From: an uncultured bacterium
GTDB lineage: Bacteria > Babelota > Babeliae > Babelales > Vermiphilaceae
Direction: 5' to 3'
Assembly: GCA_963695335.1 (NCBI GenBank)
Contig: OY968764.1
Span: 704,001 to 768,000 of the forward strand
Length of the DNA: 64,000 bases
This document shows positions 19,283-31,489 of this stretch, piece by piece; the stretch's first letter is position 1, and every line of letters begins with the position of its first letter. Below the pieces are notes generated by a model. It saw only the letters and a list, made by a program, of their open reading frames with translations. It was not told the DNA's origin and did no database searches. The position numbers and the translations under genes are program-made.

Positions 19283-20107
19283 TTATAAAGCTTCTCCGCG
19301 GGATTTATAGTTAGTTAAACTATTATGGCATCTTGTGATGCTTCTTTTGATGTCATCTATTGCGGGAGCAAGGTCAGGGCTCACGAACCCTTTCTTTTTG
19401 AGCATTCTTTTATCTATTCGATATACAGGTGCCATGAGATTACGTTTTAATTCATCGCAAAGATTAATTTTTCCTAATTTTTTTGCTTGAGCATAATTGG
19501 CAGAGCAAACTTCTGCTGCTTTTTTTGCATAATCCGCTCCTAAAGCCCCTCTTTTTATGGCTTCTAGTCGCTGATCTGCACTGTTTAAATCCATAAGATT
19601 TTCTTCTTGTTCATAATTGATCATATAAGAAGGAGCTTGGATGGGTTCAGGTATATTTGGATTTATTTTTGGCGCTCCTACAAGAGTAGGGAAATCTGAA
19701 GGTTCAAATGGTTTAATTTTACCTTTTGTCTCCCATCTGAGAGATATATTCCAGTTGCTCATATAGCCGCTTGGTTCTATAGCTATTACAGCATCATCGT
19801 TTACATGTCGAGCTTGTTGATTTCTGATATCAATAAGATAGGGATTAAGATTAAGAGGGGAACCATAGTTTAGATAACCTATGGTGCGTATAGAAAGCAT
19901 TGCTATGTAATTTACATCCCCAAGATTGACTCGTACATTATTACCAAGATTGTATCCTTCTGGTTGTTGCGAGGAAATTACATAGTTAAGCATTGCACCA
20001 TAATTATTTTCTAAGTAGACATTTATTCCTGAGTAGATTGCATGCGATAAGAAGCTTATTCCAAGGATAAAGCTTACTTTATATACATAGAGATTTGTTT
20101 TTTTCAT
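19283..20107 (-). CDS. Secreted hypothetical protein
   Basis: Signal peptide; N-terminal domain like 18841 plus helical C-terminal domain. Confidence 0.7.
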   Translation of the reverse strand: MKKTNLYVYKVSFILGISFLSHAIYSGINVYLENNYGAMLNYVISSQQPEGYNLGNNVRVNLGDVNYIAMLSIRTIGYLNYGSPLNLNPYLIDIRNQQARHVNDDAVIAIEPSGYMSNWNISLRWETKGKIKPFEPSDFPTLVGAPKINPNIPEPIQAPSYMINYEQEENLMDLNSADQRLEAIKRGALGADYAKKAAEVCSANYAQAKKLGKINLCDELKRNLMAPVYRIDKRMLKKKGFVSPDLAPAIDDIKRSITRCHNSLTNYKSRGEAL

Positions 20108-20248
20108 GGGACCCCCTTTTTATAATTAAATCATTTCTAGCATAATCATGGCAGATGGAGAATACAAATTGCAATATATTGAAGATGTTAATTTTTGAAT
20201 GCTTTGGTATACTGAAAACAGATATTTTAGCTTTATTGGAAGTAATCT

Positions 20249-20644
20249 ATGCTTAATTTTTACCAAGAAATTTTAATGGATCATTATCGTAATCCCCGTA
20301 ACAGTGGGGTTATTGGGGGTGCTGATTTTAGCGCAGAACAGCGCAACAGTTCTTGCGGTGACGAGGTGCTGTGTACAGGCATAGTTACAAATAACATGCT
20401 TGGCTGTGTGCTTTTTAAAGGTAAAGGATGCGTGATTAGCCAAGCAACGGCGTCATTGCTATCTGAATATGTTCAAAATAAGTCTTTGGATGCTATTTCA
20501 GATCTTGATAAGGATGACATTATTGCTATGATTGGAATGCCGTTAGGCCCTGTGAGGTTGCAATGTGGTTTATTGCCGCTTATAGCATTACAAAATGGAA
20601 TACGCGATTATGTTAGATCGTCTCAAGCTTCTTGTAGAACTTAA
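20249..20644 (+). CDS. sufU: Fe-S scaffold SufU/IscU family
   Basis: YQEILMDHYRNPRN, SCGD, GCVISQA, R..C. Confidence 0.9.
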   Translation: MLNFYQEILMDHYRNPRNSGVIGGADFSAEQRNSSCGDEVLCTGIVTNNMLGCVLFKGKGCVISQATASLLSEYVQNKSLDAISDLDKDDIIAMIGMPLGPVRLQCGLLPLIALQNGIRDYVRSSQASCRT

Positions 20645-21737
20645 TAATCTTGCCGATAAACTTTTTGTTGATACAACTCCTTTTTATCATCTTGCCCAAG
20701 ATATTTGGCACTCTATTACCCAAGATTCAACATTTTTGTATAAAGTCAGACAGGTAGATAATGCGCCATGGCCCGTGCCATTATGGACTGGTAATATTGG
20801 TGATATCATTCCCGTGGAGCGGATTACGTATCCTCATGTGGTACTCTCTGTGGATGGGTCTCAAATTTATCCCGATAGGCATAATGTCTTATCGTGCTGT
20901 TTAATTAATACTGGATCAGTAGTATTACCCTATAATGGCGAACATAGACGCGTACAGCTATCTTCAGAACCAACAGTATTTGCGGGTGTAGATGAAAGTG
21001 GCCACGCATTCACCACCGATGGCGTCAATTGTAAGCGGCAAGAGCTTGAGTTACGTGCAGGGCTTGATCTAAGTAAAAAGATACAACAAGAATATAGCGA
21101 CGTTCCATCAATTTTATTTTTTGATGGCTCTTTAATTTTTTGGCATTTATCATCAAAAGAAATTGATGTGAGATATCATTTTCTGAACGCATATCTAGCA
21201 TTGCTTGATGAACTGCACCATGAAAAAACTGTTGTGTGTTGGTATATCAGTATGCCAAAAAGTAAAGAGTTAATGAGTTTGGTTCGTCTTTATTTGTGTA
21301 ATTTTGATGTTGAAAAAAAAGAGTTGTATGAATCGGTGGAAAGTGTGATTGATAGCGGAATTATGTATAGTGCTTTGGAGCCTTATACCCGTTCAATTGT
21401 TTTCAGTAATCATAGTAGTATTAGCACATATTATCCACAACATTTACGACCATTTTTCTTTTATCTGCATACGGGTAATGAAATTGGTCGTGTAGAAATA
21501 CCTGCATGGATTGCGCATGATGAAGAGATGGTAAATTTTGTTGCGCAGATAGTTATTGATCAATGTATTAAAGGTGGTGGTTACCCGGTGGCTTTGGCTG
21601 AGGCGCATGAGCAAGCTGTTGTTAAAGGACCTGATCGTGAATTTTTTTATCACTTCTTGCAAAAAATGGGCATGGAGCGAAACCATACCCAATCTATTTC
21701 TCGTAAAAGTTTAAAAAAGCGTGGTATTGGAATTTAA
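20595..21737 (+). CDS. nurA: NurA-domain nuclease
   Basis: VDGSQ, FDGSL, RVEIP, GYPVALAEAHEQAVV. Confidence 0.8.
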   Translation: MEYAIMLDRLKLLVELNNLADKLFVDTTPFYHLAQDIWHSITQDSTFLYKVRQVDNAPWPVPLWTGNIGDIIPVERITYPHVVLSVDGSQIYPDRHNVLSCCLINTGSVVLPYNGEHRRVQLSSEPTVFAGVDESGHAFTTDGVNCKRQELELRAGLDLSKKIQQEYSDVPSILFFDGSLIFWHLSSKEIDVRYHFLNAYLALLDELHHEKTVVCWYISMPKSKELMSLVRLYLCNFDVEKKELYESVESVIDSGIMYSALEPYTRSIVFSNHSSISTYYPQHLRPFFFYLHTGNEIGRVEIPAWIAHDEEMVNFVAQIVIDQCIKGGGYPVALAEAHEQAVVKGPDREFFYHFLQKMGMERNHTQSISRKSLKKRGIGI

Positions 21738-22750
21738 AGTTCTATTTTATCAGTTGTTTTAGCTATTGCTTGTTCAATGATATCAATAACTTCCTGATCA
21801 CCTGTGGCTTGAGCTGCTTTTAATGGCGTATCACCATTATCATTTGCAATTATTGGATTTGCTTTATGTTCAAGCAATGTTTGTATCACCGCAATATCTT
21901 GATCTCTATTCTCTATGTCTTCAGGGAAATAGTTTTGTATTGCTCGCAGAAGCGCTGTGTTGCCGCTTGCATCTTGTTGATTAATATTCAGACCAGGTTG
22001 TTTTGTAAGGAATGTAATGGTTTCAGCATTATGAGCATACATGAGTGGCGTTTTGCCGTTAAAACCAGTTTGGTTGATATTAGCGCCATTTTTTAAAAGA
22101 TATTGCATTAAGAATGTATTATCACTTTTTATTGCGTACATTAATGGTGAGGAATATTCTTCAGAATCTTTATTCCAACGATAGGTAAAATCAAGATCGA
22201 CTTTATAAAGTTTATCGTCAAGCTTAAAACCTTTAAGCAACTTGTCTAATTTTGGAAGTACACCACCCATTTCTTGTATCTCGTCTACATTTTTCATTAT
22301 TGTAGCCAGAGCAAGTTGTATTTTAAATTGGTGTTTGGATGCTTTAGTTTGGAAAGCTTTTGCTGCTGTTGTATCAGCAACATCAAATTTCTTTGCACGA
22401 TTTTTGATAAGTTCAAGATCAATTTCAGGATCATTAATTAAGTTATTGAGGAGAGTGTTTGTTCGCGCAAGAGAATTGATAGTTTGCGCTGATTCTTTGA
22501 GTGTTGTGTCCGCGCAGCTTTTGGCAAACAGTTGAATAATCGTTGTTTGCACTTCTATTGGCAGTTCAGAAAAGCCTGTGCCGGGCATTATTGTGGCTGT
22601 TAATAACTGTTTTAATCCTGAATAGCCATTGAACAGTGTTGATTTCGCATAGCTAAGCCATCCGTTGTTGTTATTTTCGGATGAATAACTGTTAAAAATA
22701 AGAGTGATGAGTACAAGCGGTAAAATATTTATTCTTTTTGACAATTTCAT
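21734..22750 (-). CDS. Secreted F-box-like plus ankyrin-repeat protein
   Basis: FSELPIEVQTTII; GANINQ..G.TPL repeats; paralog of 47286. Confidence 0.8.
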   Translation of the reverse strand: MKLSKRINILPLVLITLIFNSYSSENNNNGWLSYAKSTLFNGYSGLKQLLTATIMPGTGFSELPIEVQTTIIQLFAKSCADTTLKESAQTINSLARTNTLLNNLINDPEIDLELIKNRAKKFDVADTTAAKAFQTKASKHQFKIQLALATIMKNVDEIQEMGGVLPKLDKLLKGFKLDDKLYKVDLDFTYRWNKDSEEYSSPLMYAIKSDNTFLMQYLLKNGANINQTGFNGKTPLMYAHNAETITFLTKQPGLNINQQDASGNTALLRAIQNYFPEDIENRDQDIAVIQTLLEHKANPIIANDNGDTPLKAAQATGDQEVIDIIEQAIAKTTDKIEL

Positions 22751-22813
22751 TACTTTCTCCTTTTTAATACTTAGTATTAATCTTAGTTTATAAAATTTTC
22801 AGCTTGAAAATCA

Positions 22814-22881
22814 ACCCTTTAACCCATCTTTCGCATAAAGCTTCGGAGTACACGGTCGCTGGACACGGCAGGGCGAACGGG
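22814..22881. repeat. Composite REP-like palindrome
   Basis: tttcgcataaagcttcggagtacacgg...ggacacggcagggcgaacgg; resembles 45274-45375. Confidence 0.65.
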
Positions 22882-22941
22882 GGAAGCGCAAAAAAAAAGA
22901 GGCCGATTAAGGCCTCTTTGAATTCACATAACTTGTGTGCA

Positions 22942-24078
22942 TTAACCCAAGAATTTTTTGAAAAAGCTTGTAATAAAGCCTTCATTGCTGGCTTGTGTGC
23001 CTACAATATCAGAGTATTCTTGGAGTTTCTTTTTAGCATCAGCTGATATTTTGGTTGGAATATAGCATTGGGTAATGATTACAAGGTTACCACGGGTTTT
23101 GCCTCGTAGCTTATAGAAACCTTCACCTGAGATGACTATTTTCTCTCCAACAGGGCAGCCTTTTGGAATTTTGATCGTGTGTTTTGTATCATCGATGCTT
23201 TCAATATCCACTTGGCAACCAAGGGTCAGTTGTGGGTAGGTCAGCATGACATGGCAAATCAGATCGTCTTGATCACGTTTAAAGACTTTGTCTTCTTTAA
23301 TACGGATCTGTAAGAAAAGATCGCCAGCAGGTCCACCATAAAGGCCGGCATCTGCTTTTTCACTCACGCGCAGTTCTGCATTATTGAAAATACCTCGAGG
23401 GATATTAACAGTAAATTTATCATACCGTTGAACGCGTGATTGACCGTTACATCCTGTACATGGTGTGGGAATAATAAAGCCTTGTCCATTACAGCTGCTG
23501 CACGCTTGCGCATACATGAAAAAGCCCTGTTTAAAGTGCATTTCACCAGAGCCGTTACACGAGGTACAGGTTTGGGCAGATGTTCCTGGTTTAGCACCCA
23601 TTCCATTACAGGTTTCACAACTAAAGTAGTGATGGTATGCAATCTCTTTTTTGGTGCCAAGGAACGCATCTTTGAGAGTAATTTCTATTTCTTTGGTTAA
23701 AGATAAGCCAGCTTGCGGTTGTGGCCCTTTTTTGCGTCGGCTTTTTGCAGCCCCCCCATTAAACATAGAGCCAAAGATGTCGCCAAAATTTTCAAAAATG
23801 TCATCCATGTTCATATTGCCAGCATGACTGAATCCGCCATGCCCGCCACCCATGCCACTCGTTGCATGACCAAATTGATCATACTGAGTACGTTTAGAAG
23901 CGTCACCAAGCACTTCATAAGCTTCAGTAGCTTCTTTAAACTTATCTTCAGCTACTTTGTTGTCAGGGTTACGATCTGGATGGTATTTCATCGCCAGTTT
24001 ACGGTAGGCGGTCTTAATTTCATCAGTTGAAGCTGATTTGCTGACGCCTAAAACATTATAGAAATCTGCTTTACTCAT
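22942..24078 (-). CDS. dnaJ: Chaperone DnaJ
   Basis: HPD J-domain, G/F region, four CxxCxGxG-type motifs. Confidence 0.97.
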   Translation of the reverse strand: MSKADFYNVLGVSKSASTDEIKTAYRKLAMKYHPDRNPDNKVAEDKFKEATEAYEVLGDASKRTQYDQFGHATSGMGGGHGGFSHAGNMNMDDIFENFGDIFGSMFNGGAAKSRRKKGPQPQAGLSLTKEIEITLKDAFLGTKKEIAYHHYFSCETCNGMGAKPGTSAQTCTSCNGSGEMHFKQGFFMYAQACSSCNGQGFIIPTPCTGCNGQSRVQRYDKFTVNIPRGIFNNAELRVSEKADAGLYGGPAGDLFLQIRIKEDKVFKRDQDDLICHVMLTYPQLTLGCQVDIESIDDTKHTIKIPKGCPVGEKIVISGEGFYKLRGKTRGNLVIITQCYIPTKISADAKKKLQEYSDIVGTQASNEGFITSFFKKFLG

Positions 24079-24104
24079 AATGGCCTCTTTTTGTTCGATT
24101 GGCT

Positions 24105-24365
24105 TTATTCTTCAGTTGGTGTTTCTTCGTTTTCTTCAGACTTCTTTTTAGCCTGAGAACGTAAGCCACCAAGCGTAGGCTTGCATAGCTCTTTTCTTTC
24201 TTCAAGAACGTCATATGCTTTTTGAATTTGTTTGAATTTTTCTTCAGCTTCTGCGCTGCCAGGGTTACGATCTGGATGGTATTTCATAGCTAATGCACGG
24301 TATGCAGCTTTAATTTCATCCATTGTAGCGAAAGAATCAACGCCAAGAATTTTATAATATTTCAT
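24105..24365 (-). CDS. Stand-alone J-domain protein
   Basis: YYKILGV...YHPDRNP...[15 protein letters not shown]; likely start MKYYK. Confidence 0.8.
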   Translation of the reverse strand: MKYYKILGVDSFATMDEIKAAYRALAMKYHPDRNPGSAEAEEKFKQIQKAYDVLEERKELCKPTLGGLRSQAKKKSEENEETPTEE

Positions 24366-24468
24366 AAAAATCCATATAGTTAAAGCCATCATTTTGTGGC
24401 TAAATTAATATTTTACCTTTCTATTATAACATAAAATTAGGCTTATGCTAAGGGGAAAGGGTGGATTT

Positions 24469-25056
24469 TTATGGGCGGGCACAGTTAAGGGCTAGGGACA
24501 GCTTTTCTTGTTGGGCACATTGTTTGAATGGTTTGGGCAGATTTTGCTCTTCAAGTGAAAAAGAACCTTTTTTTAATACAGGTTCAACATCATCAGGTAC
24601 GGTTAAGACAAGATAGTATGTGGTTGTGGGAGCAAGGCTTTCTTTTTCATCAAAATTAAGAATAAGGGTTTGTTTGCATTTATTCCAGACGCCATCACAT
24701 ACCAAGTTTTCTTCGATGGGCAAAAAGAGATCTTTTTCAAAATTTTTTCTATAAAGTGATGCTATTAAATTATCAAGAGTTTCGCCATCCCAGTGGAGAT
24801 TAATTGTTTCTATAAAAACAGGATCTTTGGAGCGTTTTTTAAAGGTAATGCTGCCGGCAAGAATCCATTTGCCACCAAATTGAGCTACTTTTTTACAGTC
24901 TTCTTCTAAACAACGCCATTTCGGTTTTAAAGTAATATTAAAAGTTTCTTCTGCGTGGCAGAATAATAGAGGCAATGTACTTAAGAAAATTGATAATATC
25001 CATTGTGCATAACGTTTCATATTCTCTCCAACTCGTTTTTTACTTAACCTTAGCAC
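24469..25056 (-). CDS. Hypothetical secreted protein
   Basis: Signal-like MKRYAQWILSIFLSTLPLLFCHA; start may be 25020. Confidence 0.65.
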   Translation of the reverse strand: MLRLSKKRVGENMKRYAQWILSIFLSTLPLLFCHAEETFNITLKPKWRCLEEDCKKVAQFGGKWILAGSITFKKRSKDPVFIETINLHWDGETLDNLIASLYRKNFEKDLFLPIEENLVCDGVWNKCKQTLILNFDEKESLAPTTTYYLVLTVPDDVEPVLKKGSFSLEEQNLPKPFKQCAQQEKLSLALNCARP

Positions 25057-25083
25057 AGCTATAAGAAAATAGTGAACTGTTTT

Positions 25084-26091
25084 TTATTGGCGATACAATT
25101 TCCAGCGATTCTCTTCTGAAGCGCTAACCATGATAATATAGTTAATCGCAAATGGATCATGTGGCAGATATTCTGGAACTGGTGGGAATGATGTGCTCGC
25201 ATCATTAAAAATGAAGAGTGTAAAATAGTCCAGTTCCCTGTTGCCCGATGTTTTTGAAATGCGGCACTGTTTTAATGTCCCATCTTTGTTGAGTGCAAGA
25301 AGTACCTGAACGGAATCAACGTCTCTTGCTGAAGGTGGAAAGCGATCATTATGAATATTAAATGAATTTTGTAAGCACCAGCTCAGTTTTTGTAGGTAAC
25401 GTTCATATTTAATTTGTTCATCGCTTGGAGTGCCATTTTTTTTGCCCAGCATGTGTATTGCATGATTACCTTCATGTTTTACATGGTTGAGAAAGCCTTG
25501 CGAAAGTTGTGCAAGTGTTAGAGGGGGTTTAGGTCCTGATGGTTGCCTGTCCGCCGTAGCTTTAGCGAAGGAGGATTTTGGCTGCAATAATTTCTGTGGA
25601 ATAACTTTTTTTGGAGCAGTAGGTTTAATTTCAGTGTTTTGTATTGTTGCTGCGGGTTTATCTTTGATAGTCTCTTTTTTTTCTTCTGGAATTATAGATT
25701 CTGTGATTTCTTTTTTTGCTGGAAGTTGTTCTTGTTTTTCTGAAGTATCTTTTATTGGCTCAGGATTGTCTTGTGTAGCTTCAGCAAGGTCGGGTCTGTC
25801 CGCTCCTTCGACAGAGCTCAGGATAGACTCCGCTTCAGCGGCGGAGGAGGATTCAAACTCATCTTGAAAGTAAACTGGTGTACCAAAATTGCCAGCGCGT
25901 GCTTTTGCTTCTACCCACTCATTATTTTGTTTGTTTTTTTTCTGTAATATTTCGTTTGCATCGGGAAGTGGCAATGCGGGATCGTGATGAGATTTTTGTA
26001 GTGTGATGTAGATTAAACTGCCACCGTGAAACAGTAATGATAAAAGGAATGCAAGTAAGATAATCTTTTTTGTGTGGTTGTTTGACTTCAA
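25084..26091 (-). CDS. TonB/TolA-like protein with in-frame palindromic insertions
   Basis: SLLFH transmembrane motif, Pro/Lys/Glu linker, C-terminal I.K.SG..ELD...FPPVP. Confidence 0.75.
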   Translation of the reverse strand: MKSNNHTKKIILLAFLLSLLFHGGSLIYITLQKSHHDPALPLPDANEILQKKNKQNNEWVEAKARAGNFGTPVYFQDEFESSSAAEAESILSSVEGADRPDLAEATQDNPEPIKDTSEKQEQLPAKKEITESIIPEEKKETIKDKPAATIQNTEIKPTAPKKVIPQKLLQPKSSFAKATADRQPSGPKPPLTLAQLSQGFLNHVKHEGNHAIHMLGKKNGTPSDEQIKYERYLQKLSWCLQNSFNIHNDRFPPSARDVDSVQVLLALNKDGTLKQCRISKTSGNRELDYFTLFIFNDASTSFPPVPEYLPHDPFAINYIIMVSASEENRWKLYRQ

Positions 26092-26150
26092 TGAATTCCT
26101 TTTTTTTTGATTCCATTTTACGTCATTTAGCTACAAAAATAAAATAAGTT

Positions 26151-27122
26151 CTACTCTTTCATTAGAAATGCATTTTTTTGTTTTTTGACGATTGACCATT
26201 TTTGATGGACGGCATGCGTGCCGCCATTTTTATGTTGCAAGAATCTCATAATTTCATCAAGAAATGCTTGTGTCGCTGGAAATGGTACATCTTCAGTAAT
26301 TAACCAATGCATAAGAATGCGCGTGCGCAGTGTTTCATCAAGTGCAAGTAACTGTGGGATGTTGATAATGTGTTGGTTATTTTCGATACGCGAAATTTCT
26401 GCAAATGTTGTGTGCGTCAAATTTTCTAAAAACTGTTCAGTTTCTTTAAGACGCTTTAGCGTAAAAATAAAATTGGTTGCAAATCTATCATCGCATGTGC
26501 GCAATGCAGGCAATACGTTCATGCGGATGCGGTTGCGTAAATAATCAGACGAATCATTGGTTGCATCAGTTGCGTATGGAATGTTGTGTTCATGGAGCCA
26601 TGCAAGAATATCTGATTTGTTTGTTTCCAGCAATGGTCTGACATAATTACCATGTTGTGGTTTGATAGCAGTTAATCCTGTCAAACTTGAACCGCGAATT
26701 AAGCGAATAAAAAATGTTTCTTCTTGATCTTGTGCATGATGTGCAAGGGCAATTGTATCAGCATTGTATTCGCGTAAAACTTTTTCAAAGAAGTAACGGC
26801 GCATATTTCTGCCATACTCTTCTTGTGAGCCATTGTGTTTGAATGTTGCTGATAATTCAGATCTTTTTGCAGTTACAAAAGGGATGTTGAGTTTTTGTGC
26901 AAGGGCTTCACAATCTTTTTGTTCTTGAGCGGCCTCTATGCGCCATTCATGGTTAAGATGTGCGGCGATGAGTGTGAGATTATATTCTTGTTGCAGTGAT
27001 GTGAGAAAATATAATAAAAAAACAGAGTCGGGCCCTCCGGAGAGCCCAACTATAATTACGTGGCCTGATTTAATCAGGTTGTTTTTTTTGATGTACTGTT
27101 GAATTTGTGTGAGAATATTCAT
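26151..27122 (-). CDS. tilS: tRNA(Ile)-lysidine synthetase
   Basis: SGGPDS, AHHAQDQEET, RPLL, RNRIR. Confidence 0.95.
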   Translation of the reverse strand: MNILTQIQQYIKKNNLIKSGHVIIVGLSGGPDSVFLLYFLTSLQQEYNLTLIAAHLNHEWRIEAAQEQKDCEALAQKLNIPFVTAKRSELSATFKHNGSQEEYGRNMRRYFFEKVLREYNADTIALAHHAQDQEETFFIRLIRGSSLTGLTAIKPQHGNYVRPLLETNKSDILAWLHEHNIPYATDATNDSSDYLRNRIRMNVLPALRTCDDRFATNFIFTLKRLKETEQFLENLTHTTFAEISRIENNQHIINIPQLLALDETLRTRILMHWLITEDVPFPATQAFLDEIMRFLQHKNGGTHAVHQKWSIVKKQKNAFLMKE

Positions 27123-27147
27123 TTGCTATACGCGCACGTTTTTTCTT

Positions 27148-27221
27148 GCGCTCGTCCTGAACTTGTTGAAGGATATCTTTGAGCGCTCTAAGATGCCCTT
27201 CGACAGGCTCAGGGTGAGCGC
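27148..27221. repeat. Inverted pair of REP family A units
   Basis: gcgctcgtcctgaacttgttgaagg / ccttcgacaggctcagggtgagcgc. Confidence 0.85.
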
Positions 27222-27252
27222 GCAGGATAATTTCAATAAAAACAAATTTGTG

Positions 27253-29748
<2,496 letters not shown>

Positions 29749-30068
29749 TTATAATCTAATATGATTTTTTCTCTTTTTATTTAGTATACACAAATAATAA
29801 AAAAAGTCGATTATTAAAGGATTTTGAGTTTCATTTTGTTTGTGCGGTTGAATGCTATGTGAACCAGAATAATATTTTTTTTCAAAGTTTTATATGGTTG
29901 ATAATAATTTCTTTTTTTTGATGTGTTATAGAGCGTTTTTGCTGGACTGTTATCAATAGTTTCAACCGGTTCTTTATATTTAGCTCCTTGCTTTTTTATC
30001 AAACTGATATAAATTATAAAAGATGGTTGTGGTTAAAATAAACAACCTGAAATATTTTAATCTGTTGG

Positions 30069-30566
30069 ATGGGGGTTCGTAAAGACTTGGAATCTATTTT
30101 TGGTAAAGAAAAAGATATTTTTTTCATGCAGGAAGCGCTTGCACAGGCAAAGCTTGCATACGAAATTGATGAAGTGCCAATCGGGGCTATTGTAGTAAAT
30201 CCAGAAGGTGATATTATAGCTCGAGCATATAATGTTGTTGAGCGTGATTGTACTCAGCGATCCCATGCAGAAAGTTTAGCCATAGAGCAGGCGGGAAAAG
30301 CCTTGGGTGATTGGCGTTTAAGTGGGTGTTGGTTGTATGTAACACTTGAGCCATGCTCCATGTGTATGGGGCTAATCAGATTGAGTCGGCTTGCGGGTGT
30401 TGTATATGGGGCTTCATCCCCATTGTTTGGGTTTAGCCTTGACAATGCAGATGACCTTTGGGTATACAAAAGAGGTGTTATTTCAGTGGTTGAAGGCGTT
30501 GAATTGGATGATTCTGCCGATTTACTGAAAAATTTTTTTCATAAAAAAAGGAAAAAGAGTGGATGA
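30069..30566 (+). CDS. tadA: tRNA adenosine deaminase
   Basis: EVPIGA, HAE, TLEPCSMC. Confidence 0.92.
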   Translation: MGVRKDLESIFGKEKDIFFMQEALAQAKLAYEIDEVPIGAIVVNPEGDIIARAYNVVERDCTQRSHAESLAIEQAGKALGDWRLSGCWLYVTLEPCSMCMGLIRLSRLAGVVYGASSPLFGFSLDNADDLWVYKRGVISVVEGVELDDSADLLKNFFHKKRKKSG

Positions 30567-30912
30567 TAAACGTAATTTAAAACAAATTGAGGCAGATTTG
30601 CTGAAGCGTAAATTTGAGCTTGAGCAAAAACTAACAGAAATGTCTAAAGAGCAGTTCTCTGATGGGCAAGTGCAAGATCCAGGGGATCAAGCGCTTACCG
30701 CAACCATGGAGTCTTTGCGTATGTCATTACAGGATGCTGAAGTTGAAGAATTGCGTGGCATAACGCGTGCTTTGGAGCGGATAAAAGAGGGAGAATATGG
30801 TATTTGTTCCGATTGTGGCAACCCTATTTCTGAAAAGCGTTTGAACTCATTTCCTGGAACAATGCGCTGTTTGGCATGCCAGGAAAAGTTTGAAGAAAAG
30901 CCCGGTTTTTGA
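30559..30912 (+). CDS. DksA/TraR C4 zinc-finger protein
   Basis: DPGDQA, YGICSDCG.PI...RL...CLAC; GTG start. Confidence 0.88.
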   Translation: MDDKRNLKQIEADLLKRKFELEQKLTEMSKEQFSDGQVQDPGDQALTATMESLRMSLQDAEVEELRGITRALERIKEGEYGICSDCGNPISEKRLNSFPGTMRCLACQEKFEEKPGF

Positions 30913-30921
30913 GTCGTATGA

Positions 30922-30950
30922 TTGACAATTACGCTATATGATTTTATACT
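30922..30950 (+). promoter_or_regulatory. sigma70-type promoter of rpsI-glmS
   Basis: TTGACA-17 bp-TATACT. Confidence 0.8.
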
Positions 30951-31015
30951 AATTAGCAAAATCGTTGTGTTTAGAAAATTTTTTCTCTTTAATTACCAGA
31001 AGGTTATAGTTCACT

Positions 31016-31432
31016 ATGGCAAAAGAAATGACAAAGTCTGCTAATTCTCCAGTAGCTCATGGCGTTGGTCGTCGTAAAACTGCGGTAGCTCGTGTATGGT
31101 TACGCCGTGGTGATGGTCAAATCTCAGTTAATGGGCAAAACCACCTTAATTATTTTGATACAAAAATCGCGGCTGATGTTGCGGCAACTCCATTTAAAGT
31201 ATGCCCAATTGGCGCGAATTTTAATGTTGAAGTTAACGTATTTGGCGGCGGTAAAGTAGCGCAGGCTAATGCGGTAAAATTGGGAATTGCACGCGCTTTT
31301 GTTGAATTTGATGCTAACGCAAAACCTCAATTAAAAAAACATGGCCTTATGACTGTTGATTCTCGTAAAAAAGAACGTAAAAAATACGGTCAAAAAGCTG
31401 CTCGTCGTAAATTCCAATTCGTAAAACGCTAG
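31016..31432 (+). CDS. rpsI: 30S ribosomal protein S9
   Basis: GRRKTAVARV, GGG..AQA, DSRKKERKKYG..ARR. Confidence 0.97.
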   Translation: MAKEMTKSANSPVAHGVGRRKTAVARVWLRRGDGQISVNGQNHLNYFDTKIAADVAATPFKVCPIGANFNVEVNVFGGGKVAQANAVKLGIARAFVEFDANAKPQLKKHGLMTVDSRKKERKKYGQKAARRKFQFVKR

Positions 31433-31489
31433 GTTTTACAAAAAACATTATTGTCTTGGCCAGTTCAGTCAAAAAAAAAGGGGACGCCT

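Noticed and set aside
31433..31489. glmS ribozyme upstream of glmS
   Set aside because: The 57-nt gap after rpsI is too short and lacks the structure
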